From NCBI GenBank assembly GCA_023954375.1, contig JAMLIC010000006.1:146972-210971 (forward strand): a stretch of DNA of 64,000 bases. The letters run 5' to 3'. Source of the DNA: Planctomycetota bacterium. Lineage in GTDB: Bacteria; Planctomycetota; J058. Positions 1 through 10,124 of the stretch are shown here, in pieces (position 1 is the stretch's first letter; every line of letters starts with the position of its first letter). The translations under genes were made by a program, and so were the position numbers. Under the pieces are notes generated by a model. The model made no database searches. It was not told the origin of the DNA and saw only the letters and a program-made list of their open reading frames with translations.

Positions 1-1092
1 CCGGTCCCGGTCCGGGTCCCAGTCGTCCCACGTCGCGACGCGCTCGAGCGCCCCGAGCCGCTCGGGCGGCACGATCCCCGGGACGAGGAACGCCTTCTGC
101 CGGTGGAGCGAGTACGGGTTCCTCAGCTCGAAGCCGAGCACGCCCAGGACGCCGCGCGCCACGTACCACGTCGCGCGCGGGTTCCAGCCGTGGGCGATCT
201 TGATGACCACGCCCAGGCCGTCGGGGTAGTCGGGGTGCTCGATCGCCAGGCCGAGGAGGCCGTCGGCGCCCTCCTTCGCGAGCACGCGCCCCTCGCAGCG
301 CTTGAGGATCGTGCTGTCGAGGCGGTTGAAGCCGCCGACGACGTCCGGGTGGCGCATCATCGCCTCCCAGATCCAGTCCTCGCGCCGCGTGGCCACGAGC
401 GCCGCGTAGAGCGTCGCCAGCTCCGAGACGGTGTTGCTCACCGTCGGCAGCCCGCAGCCGTCCCGCGCCACCCGCAGGGGCTCCCAGCGCGGGCCGAGGA
501 ACCGGCGCAGGACCTCCAGGTAGCCCTGCGTGAACGGGTGCGACGGCAGGGTGTAGCCGGCCCGGCTCCAGCCGCGCAGGCGGCAGCCGCGGAGGATCGC
601 CGCGTGCTCGCCCGAGCAGGTGTGGTACCAGCGCCGCGGGCGGCGGACCTGCCGGCCGAACTGGACGAGCGGCACGTCGAGCGGGGTCTGCATGAGGCCC
701 CACTCCTCCTCGGGGAGGATCGACTGCGCCGCGGCGACGTGCTCGGTGTCGCCGTTGTGCGAGGAGACGGCGATCGCCCGCTGCCGCCAGTCGAGCACGG
801 GGTCGAGGACCTCCGTGAAGACCTTCATCATGAGCGGCTTCATCATGCTCCGGCCGTAGCAGAGCACGTCGCCGCCGAACGAGTGGACGATCCGCTCGCC
901 GCTGGCCCAGGCCACCGCCCCGTGGATCGTCGTCTCCGACACGCCGTGGCGCCGGTAGTCGACGAGCGGCTCCCAGGCCACCTCGCGGCCGGTGGGGATG
1001 CGCGGGTCCTTCTCGCCCAGCGGGCTCGTCGGGTAGATCCGGGCCCCCGGCCGGCCGAACTGCGGCAAGGCCGTCTGGACGCGCTCGCTCAC
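1..1092 (-). CDS. L-asparaginase II family protein (PF06089-like); partial, C-terminus runs off window start
   Basis: Own translation of minus strand from GTG at 1092-1090: VSERVQTALPQFGRPGARIY...SSHNGDTEHVAAAQSIL...TCSGEHAAILRGC; almost every codon ends in G/C; GTGA start/stop overlap with upstream LLM gene; missing from ORF track because no in-window stop. Confidence 0.65.
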   Translation of the reverse strand, partial: MSERVQTALPQFGRPGARIYPTSPLGEKDPRIPTGREVAWEPLVDYRRHGVSETTIHGAVAWASGERIVHSFGGDVLCYGRSMMKPLMMKVFTEVLDPVLDWRQRAIAVSSHNGDTEHVAAAQSILPEEEWGLMQTPLDVPLVQFGRQVRRPRRWYHTCSGEHAAILRGCRLRGWSRAGYTLPSHPFTQGYLEVLRRFLGPRWEPLRVARDGCGLPTVSNTVSELATLYAALVATRREDWIWEAMMRHPDVVGGFNRLDSTILKRCEGRVLAKEGADGLLGLAIEHPDYPDGLGVVIKIAHGWNPRATWYVARGVLGVLGFELRNPYSLHRQKAFLVPGIVPPERLGALERVATWDDWDPDRDR

Positions 1093-2342
1093 GCCCCGCC
1101 CCCGGCCGGCGCGCGCGCGGCCAGCCGCTCCTGCACGCGCGGCGCGACCTCGCGCATGAAGGCCTCCATGTTGGCCACGACGCGGGCGCTGTCGTGGTTG
1201 AAGAAGTCGAACCAGAGCATGAGCCGGTCGTCGGGGTGGAAGCGGTCGACCATCTGCTCGGCCACGTCGTCGGCGTTGCCGATCAGGGCGTTGTTGGCCG
1301 CGTTCGTGACCTTCTTCGGGTCGAGCGTCCCCTCGAGGGCCGTCCAGTAGGCGGCCAGCGCCTTCTGGGCCTCCTCGTGGGCGCGCGCGCGCCGGGCGTC
1401 GGGCGTGAGCCCCGGCTGCTCGTTCAGGAACACGAACACCGTGCGCGGCATGTAGCGGCGCCGCCAGGGCCCGCCCGACGGATGGTAGGCCGCGGTCATG
1501 CGCCGGTGGGTGTCCTCGATCACGGCCGGCTGCGTGATCGAGAGGTTGAACACCTGCACGGGCATGAACGCGTTCACGCGCTCCTGCAGGGGGGCGTGGT
1601 GGCTGCCGATGACGAGCTGCAGGAGCTCGCGCCGCCAGTCCTGCGGGACGACCTTGAGCGCCTCGAACTCCCACCGCCGCCGGAGGGTCAAGGGCGCCGC
1701 CGGGTCGTGGCCCGCCGCCTGGCAGACCTTCTCCCAGTCGGCCGGGGTCTTGAACTCGCCTGCCGTGACGACGGGGGGCGCGACGTCGTCGCTCGCCAGC
1801 ACGTCGCCGCGGAGCAGGCGGCAGAAGACCTCGGCCGCCTCCTCGAAGACCTTGCCCTTGAGGACCGGCCAGGCCGCCTCCTCGACCGGGTCGCGCGGGA
1901 CGATCCCCATGGCGCGGTTCATGAAGTCGAAGCGCCCGGCGGCGAAGCCGATGTTGATCCGGCGCCGCTCGGCCGGGTCGACGCCGTGGAGCGCGCAGAA
2001 CGCGGCCACCCGCTCGGCGTGGGCGACCGGGCCGCCGCCGCAGAGGATGTTCATCACCGCAGAGCCGGTCTCGATCCGCCGCGTGCGCCGGAAGACCTGG
2101 TGGCTGAGCTGGAGGATGTCGCAGTTGAGCCCCACCTCCCCCTGCCAGTGGGGGATCACCGGGCTCCGGTTCCGCTTCTGCACCTCGCTCGACAGGTGCG
2201 ACTCGGCCACCCAGGCCGTGCCGTAGCCGAGCTCGTCGGCCGCCTGCACCTGCTCGAAGAAGTTGGCGAACATCTCCCGCTCGCTCGGCGTCACGCCGTC
2301 GACCGGGGTCTGGCTGATCGAGAAGAAGATGTCGTATTCCAT
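1089..2342 (-). CDS. LLM-class flavin-dependent oxidoreductase (luciferase-like monooxygenase family)
   Basis: Real start at internal Met MEYDIFFSISQTPVDGVTPSEREMFANFFEQVQAADELGYGTAWVAESHLSS... (typical LLM N-terminus); the upstream 250 aa of the 1089..3095 track ORF is Arg/Gly-rich wrong-frame extension. Confidence 0.8.
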   Translation of the reverse strand: MEYDIFFSISQTPVDGVTPSEREMFANFFEQVQAADELGYGTAWVAESHLSSEVQKRNRSPVIPHWQGEVGLNCDILQLSHQVFRRTRRIETGSAVMNILCGGGPVAHAERVAAFCALHGVDPAERRRINIGFAAGRFDFMNRAMGIVPRDPVEEAAWPVLKGKVFEEAAEVFCRLLRGDVLASDDVAPPVVTAGEFKTPADWEKVCQAAGHDPAAPLTLRRRWEFEALKVVPQDWRRELLQLVIGSHHAPLQERVNAFMPVQVFNLSITQPAVIEDTHRRMTAAYHPSGGPWRRRYMPRTVFVFLNEQPGLTPDARRARAHEEAQKALAAYWTALEGTLDPKKVTNAANNALIGNADDVAEQMVDRFHPDDRLMLWFDFFNHDSARVVANMEAFMREVAPRVQERLAARAPAGGGA

Positions 2343-2344
2343 GT

Positions 2345-3136
2345 TCAGATCCCGTTCAGCCGGCCGCCGTCCACCGGCAGCGCCACGCCCCGCACGTAGG
2401 CCGCCGCCGGCGAGGCCAGGAAGGCGATCACCGCGCCCAGCTCCTCGGGCCGACCGAGCCGGCCCTCGGGGATCGTCGCCAGCCAGCCGGCGCGGACGTC
2501 CTCGACCGCCTTGCCCGTCCGGGCGGCGGCCCCCTCGGCCAGCGACGCCAGGCGCTCGGTGTCGGTGTAGCCGGGGAGGACAGTGTTGATCGTCACGCCG
2601 GGCGGCAGCTCCCTGGAGAGCGTCTTGGCCCAGGCGGCCACCGCCGCCCGCACCGTGTTGCTCACCCCGAGGTTGGGGATCGGCTCCCGGACCGACGTCG
2701 AGACGACGTTCACGATCCGCCCGTAGCCCGCGGCCCGCATCCCGGGGAGGACCAGGCGCACGAGCAGGTGCGCGGCGAGGACGTGGCGCCCGAACGCCTC
2801 GACGAGCGCCGCCTCGCCGGCCTCGAGGAGCGGCCCCGGCCGCGGCCCGCCCGTGTTGTTGACGAGCACGTGCGCGGGCCCGCGCCGCTCGAGGTGCTCG
2901 GCGACCGCCCGCTCGAGCGCCGGGCGGTCGTCGAGGTCGGCGGCGAGCGCCCACGCCTCCGGCGCGCCGGCCGCGCGCAGGTCGGCCGCGAGCGCCTCGA
3001 GGCGCTCGGCCGAGCGGGCCAGCGCCGTGACGCGCGCGCCCAGCCCGGCCAGGGCGAGCGCCGCCGCCCGGCCGATCCCGGCGCTGGCGCCGCACACGAG
3101 CGCGTGGCGGCCGGCGAGCGACGTGTCGAGCGTCAT
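2345..3136 (-). CDS. SDR family short-chain dehydrogenase/reductase
   Basis: MTLDTSLAGRHALVCGASAGIGRAAALALA (TGxxxGIG Rossmann motif), NNTG, S...YxxxK-like catalytic region; start trimmed to MTLDT. Confidence 0.8.
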   Translation of the reverse strand: MTLDTSLAGRHALVCGASAGIGRAAALALAGLGARVTALARSAERLEALAADLRAAGAPEAWALAADLDDRPALERAVAEHLERRGPAHVLVNNTGGPRPGPLLEAGEAALVEAFGRHVLAAHLLVRLVLPGMRAAGYGRIVNVVSTSVREPIPNLGVSNTVRAAVAAWAKTLSRELPPGVTINTVLPGYTDTERLASLAEGAAARTGKAVEDVRAGWLATIPEGRLGRPEELGAVIAFLASPAAAYVRGVALPVDGGRLNGI

Positions 3137-3194
3137 CGATCGGTCCTCCGCGGGGCGCCAGTCTCGCACGAATGGCCGGCCCCGGGGGCCGCCT

Positions 3195-4436
3195 TCAGCC
3201 GAGCACGCGCGCCACGAGGACGATCACCGGGACCCCGGCGGCCAGGACCAGGGCCGTCGAGACCGCGCCGAAGCGCAGGTACTCCACGAAGCCGAGCGTG
3301 TACTGGTCCCTGGCCCCCTCGGCCACGATGATGTTGGCGACGGAGCCGATCAGCGTCAGGTTCCCGGCCACGGTCGAGACGAACGCCAGGAGCGCCCAGC
3401 CGGTCGCCGGCGACCCGCCCAGGGCCTCGAGGTGCGGGCCGAGGAGGAGCACGAGGGGCACGTTCGAGACGAGGTTCGAGCCGACCACGACGAGCGCCGT
3501 GAACAGCGACACGCCGCCCGACCGCTCGAGGTCCAGCGAGGGGGCCGCCGCGCCCCACACCGCCTCCACCACGCCGGTGCCCGCCAGGCCATGCACGACC
3601 ACGAACAGGGCGCAGAAGAAGACGAGGAGCGCCCAGTCCACCCGCGCGAAGGCCTCGCGCGGCTCGGCGCGCTCGAGGACGATGAGCGCCACCGCCCCGG
3701 CGAGCGCCGCGTAGCCCAGGTGCGCGCCGGCGAAGAAGGCCGCGACGACGAGGACGAGCACGACCGACACCCGCCCGAGCATCCCGGGCGGGGCCGCGCG
3801 GGCGGGCGCCGCCTCGAGGGGCGGCATGGCCGGCGGGAGCGCGCGCCCGTAGTAGGCGCGCAGGAGCGCGACGTTGACGAGGAGCCCCACGGCGGCGGCC
3901 GGCCCGCAGCGGAGGAGGAACTCGCCGAACGGCATGCGGCTCAGGCTGCCGACGATCATGTTCTGCGGGTTGCCCACGAGGGTCGCCGCCGAGCCGATGT
4001 TGGCCGACGTCGCCAGGGCGATCAGGTAGGGGCCCATGGGCAGGCGCGCCCGCGCGCAGATGGTCACGACGACCGGCGTCATGAACAGGCACACCGTGTC
4101 GTTGACGAGCACGGCCGAGAGGGCGCCGGCGAGGAGCGAGACGACGACGAGCAGCGCCCAGGGCGTGGCGCACACGCTCAGGACCCGCGTCACCAGCCAG
4201 TCGAAGAACGCCGCCTGGTCCATGTAGGCGGTGATCAGCATCATGCCGAGGAGCAGGACGATCGTGTCGTGGTCGATCGCCTTGAAGCTCTCGGCCGGAG
4301 AGAGCACGCCCGTCGCGACCATGAGCACGGCGCCGAGGAGGGCGCCGGCGGGGCGGCCGATCGGCAGGACGCGCAGGCGGCGCGCCGCGATGAGCACGTA
4401 GGTCAGGCAGAAGATCGCGACGGCCAGCGCGGTCAC
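3195..4436 (-). CDS. ArsB/NhaD-superfamily anion permease (citrate/arsenite transporter-like), ~12 TM
   Basis: 413 aa highly hydrophobic protein with duplicated halves and conserved NP/GNxxN motifs (SANIGSAATLVGNPQNMIV ... GSNLVSNVPLVLLL...GSVANIIVAE). Confidence 0.8.
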   Translation of the reverse strand: MTALAVAIFCLTYVLIAARRLRVLPIGRPAGALLGAVLMVATGVLSPAESFKAIDHDTIVLLLGMMLITAYMDQAAFFDWLVTRVLSVCATPWALLVVVSLLAGALSAVLVNDTVCLFMTPVVVTICARARLPMGPYLIALATSANIGSAATLVGNPQNMIVGSLSRMPFGEFLLRCGPAAAVGLLVNVALLRAYYGRALPPAMPPLEAAPARAAPPGMLGRVSVVLVLVVAAFFAGAHLGYAALAGAVALIVLERAEPREAFARVDWALLVFFCALFVVVHGLAGTGVVEAVWGAAAPSLDLERSGGVSLFTALVVVGSNLVSNVPLVLLLGPHLEALGGSPATGWALLAFVSTVAGNLTLIGSVANIIVAEGARDQYTLGFVEYLRFGAVSTALVLAAGVPVIVLVARVLG

Positions 4437-4464
4437 GCGCCGCGGATTCTAGACGGGGGTCAGG

Positions 4465-5649
4465 TCAGGGCGCGACCCGGAGCGTCCTCAACGCGCCCTC
4501 GTCGCTGACCAGGCCCGCCAGCGCGGGGTCGCGCAGGACGTCGGCCAGGCGCACGGCGCGCCCGTCGAGCAGGGCGTCGCGGTGGACGAGGCGCACGCCG
4601 TGGCTGTAGTCGGCGTAGCCGCGCTCGTGGACGAGGCTCAGCGGCTGGATCGGCCGCCCGTTCGGCTGATGCCAGCCGTAGATCGCCACCCGGTCGGGCC
4701 GCGCGACGAGGCGGTTGGTCAGCACGACGTCCTTCTTGTGGCCGGCCGTCAGCGGGCCGAGCGCGCGCCCCGCGCGCTGCGCCTCGATGCGCCGGTGATG
4801 CATGAGGAAGTAGTCCGGCGTGACCATCGCGGCGCCGGGGGGCAGTGGTTGCGGGGTCAGGCGCAGGGCGGCCTGCGCGAAGACCTGGTCGACCATGCGC
4901 GTCGTCGGCAGGAGCGCGCCGAGCGCGTCGGCCGCGGCCTGGGCGGCATCGCCCGACAGCGGGATGCGCACGAAGTCGCGGTCGTGGCCGACGGCGAGGT
5001 AGTCCGGGGTCACGCGGTAGACGAGCGTCCGCCCCCCGGCGCTGGCGGTCACCGGGACGAGGCGGCGCAGGAAGTCGGGCACGTTGCCGGCGCGCACCTC
5101 GCGCAGGAGCGCCGCCTCGCGCGCGGTCCGCGACAGGCCCCGCACGCTCGCGAGCACCTCGGCCCCCCCGCGGCGGGCGCCCGGCGCGGGCGGCGGCGCC
5201 GTCGTCGGGGGCGGCGCCGTGGTCGGGGGCGGCGGAGACGTGGTCGGGGGCGGCGCGCCGGGCGCGCCGAGGACGCGGTCGAAGGCGCGCACGGTCTCGG
5301 GGCCGACCACGCCGTCGACGGCGCAGCGCTGCGCCACCTGGAAGGCGCGCACCCCGCGGTCGGTCTCCCCGCCGAAGACGCCGTCGACGGCCACCGGATG
5401 CCCCGCGGCCACGAGCGCGTTCTGGAGCGCCCGCACCGGCGGGCCGGTGTCGCCCCGCCGCAGCGACGGCGCGCCGCGCCGGGCGCCGTCGAGCAGGCCG
5501 TAGTCCGCGGGCGGGTCGGCGGCCGCCGGCGCGACCAGGACCCCGACCGCCAGCGCGACCGACAGCGCGGCCGCGGCACGCCCTCGTCCCACGGGACCTC
5601 CTCGCGGGGCGGGCGAGGCAACCGGCGTTCCGTCTCCGCCCACCCCCAC
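4465..5649 (-). CDS. secreted peptidoglycan-binding domain protein with Pro/Thr-rich linker and uncharacterised C-terminal domain
   Basis: Signal peptide AAAALSVALAVGVLVAPAAA; PG_binding_1-like LRRGDTGPPVRALQNALVAAGHPVAVDGVFGGETDRGVRAFQ; linker PPPTTSPPPPTTAPPPTTAPPPAP. Confidence 0.7.
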   Translation of the reverse strand: MGVGGDGTPVASPAPRGGPVGRGRAAAALSVALAVGVLVAPAAADPPADYGLLDGARRGAPSLRRGDTGPPVRALQNALVAAGHPVAVDGVFGGETDRGVRAFQVAQRCAVDGVVGPETVRAFDRVLGAPGAPPPTTSPPPPTTAPPPTTAPPPAPGARRGGAEVLASVRGLSRTAREAALLREVRAGNVPDFLRRLVPVTASAGGRTLVYRVTPDYLAVGHDRDFVRIPLSGDAAQAAADALGALLPTTRMVDQVFAQAALRLTPQPLPPGAAMVTPDYFLMHHRRIEAQRAGRALGPLTAGHKKDVVLTNRLVARPDRVAIYGWHQPNGRPIQPLSLVHERGYADYSHGVRLVHRDALLDGRAVRLADVLRDPALAGLVSDEGALRTLRVAP

Positions 5650-5740
5650 GGCGCCACGACTTGACCTGCTCGGACCCTTCTCGCCCGACTCCGGTCGACC
5701 GGAAGTGGAATGAACCCGACCGACACCGGACCGGCGGCCC

Positions 5741-8700
5741 TCAACGAGCGCCGAAGCGCGCCTCCACCGCCTTGGCCTCCTCGACCGCCCACGGCATCAG
5801 CGTCCCGACGAGCGCGCGATCCTCGCGCAGGAGCGGCTCCTCACGGATCCGGTGCGAGAGCGTCAGCCCCCGCTCGCGCGCGCGGGTGAGGGCCGGGTGG
5901 GCCTCGTCCCAGCGCCGGAGCGCGGCGAGCGCCAGCGCCTCGTAGAGCGCGGTCCACGCCCCCTGGCGGGCGCGGTCGGGCGGGCAGAGCGGGCGCAGGT
6001 CGTCGGCGCGGCGGAGGAGCGGGAGGGCGTCGGCCGGCGCGCCGGCGACCTGGAGCAGGCGGCCCAGCACGAGCGACGCGGGCTCGGACATGGGGCGCCG
6101 CCCCCAGGCGTCGCGCGCCGCCAGGAGGCAGCCGGCCAGGCGCGGCGCGTCGAGCGGGATGCGCAGGTCGGCGCAGTAGAGGCCGGCGAGCGCCCGGCGG
6201 AGCGGGCCGTCGCGCGGGACGGGGTGCGACGGGTCGGGCTGCATGTCCTCGAGCAGGAGGAGGATGCTGGCCGCGGCCGCCTCCGCCTCGGTGCGGGCCA
6301 TGCGCCGCAGGGCGAACGAGGGGTCGTTGAGGTAGTCGATCACCGTCGCGGCGTTGCACTCGAAGCCCAGGGCCAGGTCGTCGAACCCCTCGGCCCGCAG
6401 GCGCCCGTAGAGGACGTGGTGGCTGATGTAGGTCGAGACCTGCTGCGGGCTCTCCGCCAGCAGGAGGGCGTAGGCCTCGCGCAGCTCGGGCGTGTCGGCG
6501 AACTGGCCGCCGGCGCCGGCGGTCTGCGAGGCGATCAGGCGGCTGGCTGCGTTCAGGCGCGCGGCGACCGCCTTGAGCGCCGCGACCCGCTCGCTCGCGG
6601 CCCGCGCGAGGTCCGCGCGGCGGAGCGTCGCCGCCTGGCGCTCGAGCCGCTGGTGGAGCGCGGCGCGGGCCTCGAAGGCCAGCCGGTCGCGGTCGGCGCA
6701 GCGCGACGCCAGGTCGAGGACGCGCAGGGCGTCGACCGCATGGCCGCCGGCCTCGAGCGCGTCGACCATGGAGAGGAGCAGGTCGCCGGTCAGCTCGCCG
6801 CGCTCGATCGCGCGCGGGGCGGCGGCGGCGAGGGCCTCGACCGCCGCCTCGGCCGCGCCGATGGCCTCCTCGGCCTGGGCCCGGGCCACGGCGACCGCGG
6901 CCTCGGCGTGGAGCGTGCGCCAGCCGCGAGGGTCGAGCCGCCGCGCGACCTCCAGCGCCGCGGCGGCCGGCTCGGGGCGGCCCAGGGCGGCCTCGGCGCG
7001 GGCCAGGGCGGCGGCCGCGCGCGCGGTCACCGCGCCGTCGCCCGCCAGCCGGGCGGCCAGGCGCAGGGCGTGGGCCGCCCGGGCGAGGAGGGGCGCCGGG
7101 TCGGCGCGCTCGTGCTCGGCGTCGCGCCCGCGGCGGACGGCCGCGGCCGCGAGGTCGGCCTCGCCCCAGGCCACGAGGTCGTCCACGCGCGGCGTCCAGG
7201 GCCCGTCGAGCTGGAGCGCCGTGGCTGACCGGGCCAGGTCCTCGAGGTCGGGCGCGGCCGGCAGGTGGTCGAGGGCGAGGCGCCCGCGCGCCAGCGCCGC
7301 GCTCGCCGCGGCCGCCTCCGGCTCGGGGTCGAGGGCGCGGGCGAGGGCCTCGCCGAGCCGCGCGGCCGTGTCGGGCGCCAGGAGGGGCCGCCCGCCCGGG
7401 AGGCGCAAGGGCGCCGAGGGCCAGGCCACCGGCGCCCCGGTCTGGAGGCGCGCGGCGCGCGCGAAGGCCTCGGCGGCCGAGGCCGGCCAACCGATCGCGA
7501 GGTGCACCTCGCCCTCGAGGAGCGCGGCCTGCGCCTCGACGGTCCTGGGCACGCGCCCGGGCGACGGCGGGTCGGACACGCGCCGCACGCGCTCGAGCGC
7601 CTCGAGCGCCGCCGCGAGCTCCACCCGCCCCCCCGCGCGCAGGAGGTCGTCGACCGCCAGGGCGGCGTCGAGGAGGTCGGCGTCGGGGCCGGCCGGGAGG
7701 CCAGACCGGGCGCGCTCGACCTCGGCGCGCGCCCTCGCGGCCGCCGCGTCGGGCGCCGCGGCCAGGGCGGCCGACGCCAGGCGGACCCGCAGGGCGGGCG
7801 GCAGCGCCGCCGCTCGCCGGGCGCGCTCGGCCGCGTCGCCCTCGCGCAGGGCGCACCAGGCCAGGAGCCAGGCGGCGCGGTGGCCGGGCTCGGCGAGCCA
7901 CGCCTCGGCGTCGTCGCCCGGCGCCGGGCTCGCCGCTGCCAGACGAGCCGCGGCCGCCCGGGCCTCCGCCAGGCGGCCGCCCTGGAACAGGAGCCACGCG
8001 CGCGCCTCCTCGCGCTGGGTGGTCTCGAGGTCCATGGCCCCCGGCGGCGGGGGCACGCGGGCCAGCGCCTCGAGCGCGGCCGCGAGCGCCGCCGGCTCGT
8101 GCGCGCCGGTCCTCATCGCCGCGCGCGCCCGCTGCGTGGCGAGGGCGAGGTCGCGCCGCGCGGCGAGGGCGGCGGCCGCGTCGGCCAGCCGCTCGCGCGC
8201 CGGCCCCTGCGGCGCCGCGACGAGGAGGGCCTCGGCCCGCTGGAGCTCGCGGGCGACGAGGTCGAGCGCCCGCTCACCGGCGTCCGGACGCACCTGCGCG
8301 GCGAGCCCGTCGAGGTCGCTGACGGCCTGCGCCAGCGCCTCGTCCCGCGCGCGGGCCTGGCGCTCGCCGAGCACGACGAGCGCGACCGCCAGCGGGAGCC
8401 CGACGAGCAGCGCGACCGCGCCCGCGACGAGGGCGCCCCGCCGGAGCGTGCGCCGGCGCGCGGCGCGGAGGAAGGTGGACACCGCCGACACGCGCTCGCC
8501 GCGCCGCAGGCGGGCGAGGTCACACGCGAGCGCCGCGCCGTCGGGGTAGCGCCCGTCGGGGTCCTTCTCCAGGCAGCGCGTGATGACCGCCGCCGCCCCG
8601 GGGCTGATGTCGCGGCGCGCCTGGCGCAGGGGCGGCGGCTCGCCGTGGAGGATCGCCGCCACCATGTTGGCGGCGGTCGGCGCGTCGTAGGGCGCCTGGC

Positions 8701-9391
8701 CGGCGAGCGCCTCGTAGAGCACGGAGCCCACGGCGTGGACGTCCGTCCAGGGGCCGATCGGCAGGTCCCCGCTGAACTGCTCCGGCGCCATGTAGAGCGG
8801 GGTGCCGGCCATCTGCCCGGTCCGCGTCAGGCGGTCGAGGTCGGCGGCCAGCGCGATCCCGAAGTCCGCCACCCGCACCCGCCCCGCCCGGTCGAGCATG
8901 ATGTTGGCCGGCTTGACGTCGCGATGGACGATGCCGTGCGCGTGCGCGTGGCCGAGCGCGCGGGCGAGCTGCTCGCCCCAGTCGAGGACGGTCTCCTCGG
9001 GCAGGGGCTCCCGCGCCTCCTGCAGGACCTGCTGCAGCGACTTGCCGTCGACGAACTCGAACAGCAGGTAGGGCGCGCCGGCCGCGGTCGACCCCGAGCC
9101 GAGGACGGGGATGATCCCCGGGTGCTCGAGCCGCGCCACGACCTCCCCCTCGCGCTCGAAGCGGGCCCGGGCCTGGGGGCTGGTGAGGGTCAGGAGCTTG
9201 GCCGCGAGGCGCCGCGGGTCGCCGGGGCGGCGCACCTCGTAGACCGCCCCCATGCCGCCCTTGCCCAGCGTACGCACGACCTCGAAGGGGGCGCCGTGGA
9301 GCCCGGGCGGCGCCCGCTCGCCGCTCGACGAGCCGGGCCCGGGCGCGTCGCTGTCGCCGGGCCAGGTGGACGGACGCGGGCCCTGGTGCAT
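5741..9391 (-). CDS. Ser/Thr protein kinase with long C-terminal alpha-helical (TPR-like) region
   Basis: Kinase subdomains LGKGGMGAVYEV, AAK, HRDVKPANIML, DFG, GTPLYMAPE; start set to internal MHQGP because the 9463 start would overlap the divergent gene start; alternative start 9463. Confidence 0.8.
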   Translation of the reverse strand: MHQGPRPSTWPGDSDAPGPGSSSGERAPPGLHGAPFEVVRTLGKGGMGAVYEVRRPGDPRRLAAKLLTLTSPQARARFEREGEVVARLEHPGIIPVLGSGSTAAGAPYLLFEFVDGKSLQQVLQEAREPLPEETVLDWGEQLARALGHAHAHGIVHRDVKPANIMLDRAGRVRVADFGIALAADLDRLTRTGQMAGTPLYMAPEQFSGDLPIGPWTDVHAVGSVLYEALAGQAPYDAPTAANMVAAILHGEPPPLRQARRDISPGAAAVITRCLEKDPDGRYPDGAALACDLARLRRGERVSAVSTFLRAARRRTLRRGALVAGAVALLVGLPLAVALVVLGERQARARDEALAQAVSDLDGLAAQVRPDAGERALDLVARELQRAEALLVAAPQGPARERLADAAAALAARRDLALATQRARAAMRTGAHEPAALAAALEALARVPPPPGAMDLETTQREEARAWLLFQGGRLAEARAAAARLAAASPAPGDDAEAWLAEPGHRAAWLLAWCALREGDAAERARRAAALPPALRVRLASAALAAAPDAAAARARAEVERARSGLPAGPDADLLDAALAVDDLLRAGGRVELAAALEALERVRRVSDPPSPGRVPRTVEAQAALLEGEVHLAIGWPASAAEAFARAARLQTGAPVAWPSAPLRLPGGRPLLAPDTAARLGEALARALDPEPEAAAASAALARGRLALDHLPAAPDLEDLARSATALQLDGPWTPRVDDLVAWGEADLAAAAVRRGRDAEHERADPAPLLARAAHALRLAARLAGDGAVTARAAAALARAEAALGRPEPAAAALEVARRLDPRGWRTLHAEAAVAVARAQAEEAIGAAEAAVEALAAAAPRAIERGELTGDLLLSMVDALEAGGHAVDALRVLDLASRCADRDRLAFEARAALHQRLERQAATLRRADLARAASERVAALKAVAARLNAASRLIASQTAGAGGQFADTPELREAYALLLAESPQQVSTYISHHVLYGRLRAEGFDDLALGFECNAATVIDYLNDPSFALRRMARTEAEAAAASILLLLEDMQPDPSHPVPRDGPLRRALAGLYCADLRIPLDAPRLAGCLLAARDAWGRRPMSEPASLVLGRLLQVAGAPADALPLLRRADDLRPLCPPDRARQGAWTALYEALALAALRRWDEAHPALTRARERGLTLSHRIREEPLLREDRALVGTLMPWAVEEAKAVEARFGAR

Positions 9392-9461
9392 GACGGGGAG
9401 AGGGTAGCTCGCCCGCGGGCGGCGCGCTCGCTCGGTGGCTATCGTGTGGCGAGAAGGCCCC

Positions 9462-10091
9462 ATGGACGTCCAGGTCCGGCCGCGCGACGCGCCGGCGGCG
9501 CGCTGCCCTTACTGCCACGACGCCCTGAACGACGCGGCCGCGGCGGACGACCAGGTCCGCTGCGACGGCTGCGGCACGTGCCACCACCTCGCCTGCGTGC
9601 TCGAGCTGGGCCGCTGCACGGTCATGGGCTGCGAGCGGTCGCTGATCGTGAGCGGCGTCTTGGCGCCCGCGCCCGAGGACGGCTCGGCCCGCTCGCGCCT
9701 GTGGCGGGCGGTGCAGCGGCAGGTGCGCGCCAAGGCGCGGGCGTTCGTGCTCGAGCACTGCCGGGCGCCGGTCGATGCCACCGAGGACCTGTCCGCGCGC
9801 ATCGAGCTGGCGATCGCGGAGGCGGAGCGGGCCACCGCCGACGGCGCCTGGCCGGAGGCGGCCGACCTGTGGGACGAGGCGGCGCGGCTCGAGGTGCTCG
9901 CGCGGGTGGCCGGGGTCGAGGGCGGCGCGCGGCGGGTGGACCCCGCGCGCGCGGTCGACCTCGCCAAGGACCTGCGAAAGCGGCCCCGGCGGGCCGTGCG
10001 CGCCGCGCTCGTCGTGGTGATGTGGGTGCTGTCCGCGACGGTGGTGGCGATCGTGGCGGCCTTCGCCGGGTCGCTCCTCCGGGGCCCGTGA
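9462..10091 (+). CDS. hypothetical zinc-ribbon protein with C-terminal TM helix
   Basis: MDVQVRPRDAPAARCPYCHDAL...RCDGCGTCHHLACVLELGRCTVMGCERS (Cys4-type ribbons), C-terminal hydrophobic VVVMWVLSATVVAIVAAF; near-100% GC3. Confidence 0.6.
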   Translation: MDVQVRPRDAPAARCPYCHDALNDAAAADDQVRCDGCGTCHHLACVLELGRCTVMGCERSLIVSGVLAPAPEDGSARSRLWRAVQRQVRAKARAFVLEHCRAPVDATEDLSARIELAIAEAERATADGAWPEAADLWDEAARLEVLARVAGVEGGARRVDPARAVDLAKDLRKRPRRAVRAALVVVMWVLSATVVAIVAAFAGSLLRGP

Positions 10092-10124
10092 CCGCGCTCG
10101 CCGGGGGCCGCCTGCCCGGCGATC

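Noticed and set aside
103-1350. 415-aa plus-strand ORF from the track
   Set aside because: It is Arg/Glu/Ala-rich with no protein-like periodicity and is antisense to the real asparaginase-family gene. It is a typical high-GC wrong-frame ORF.
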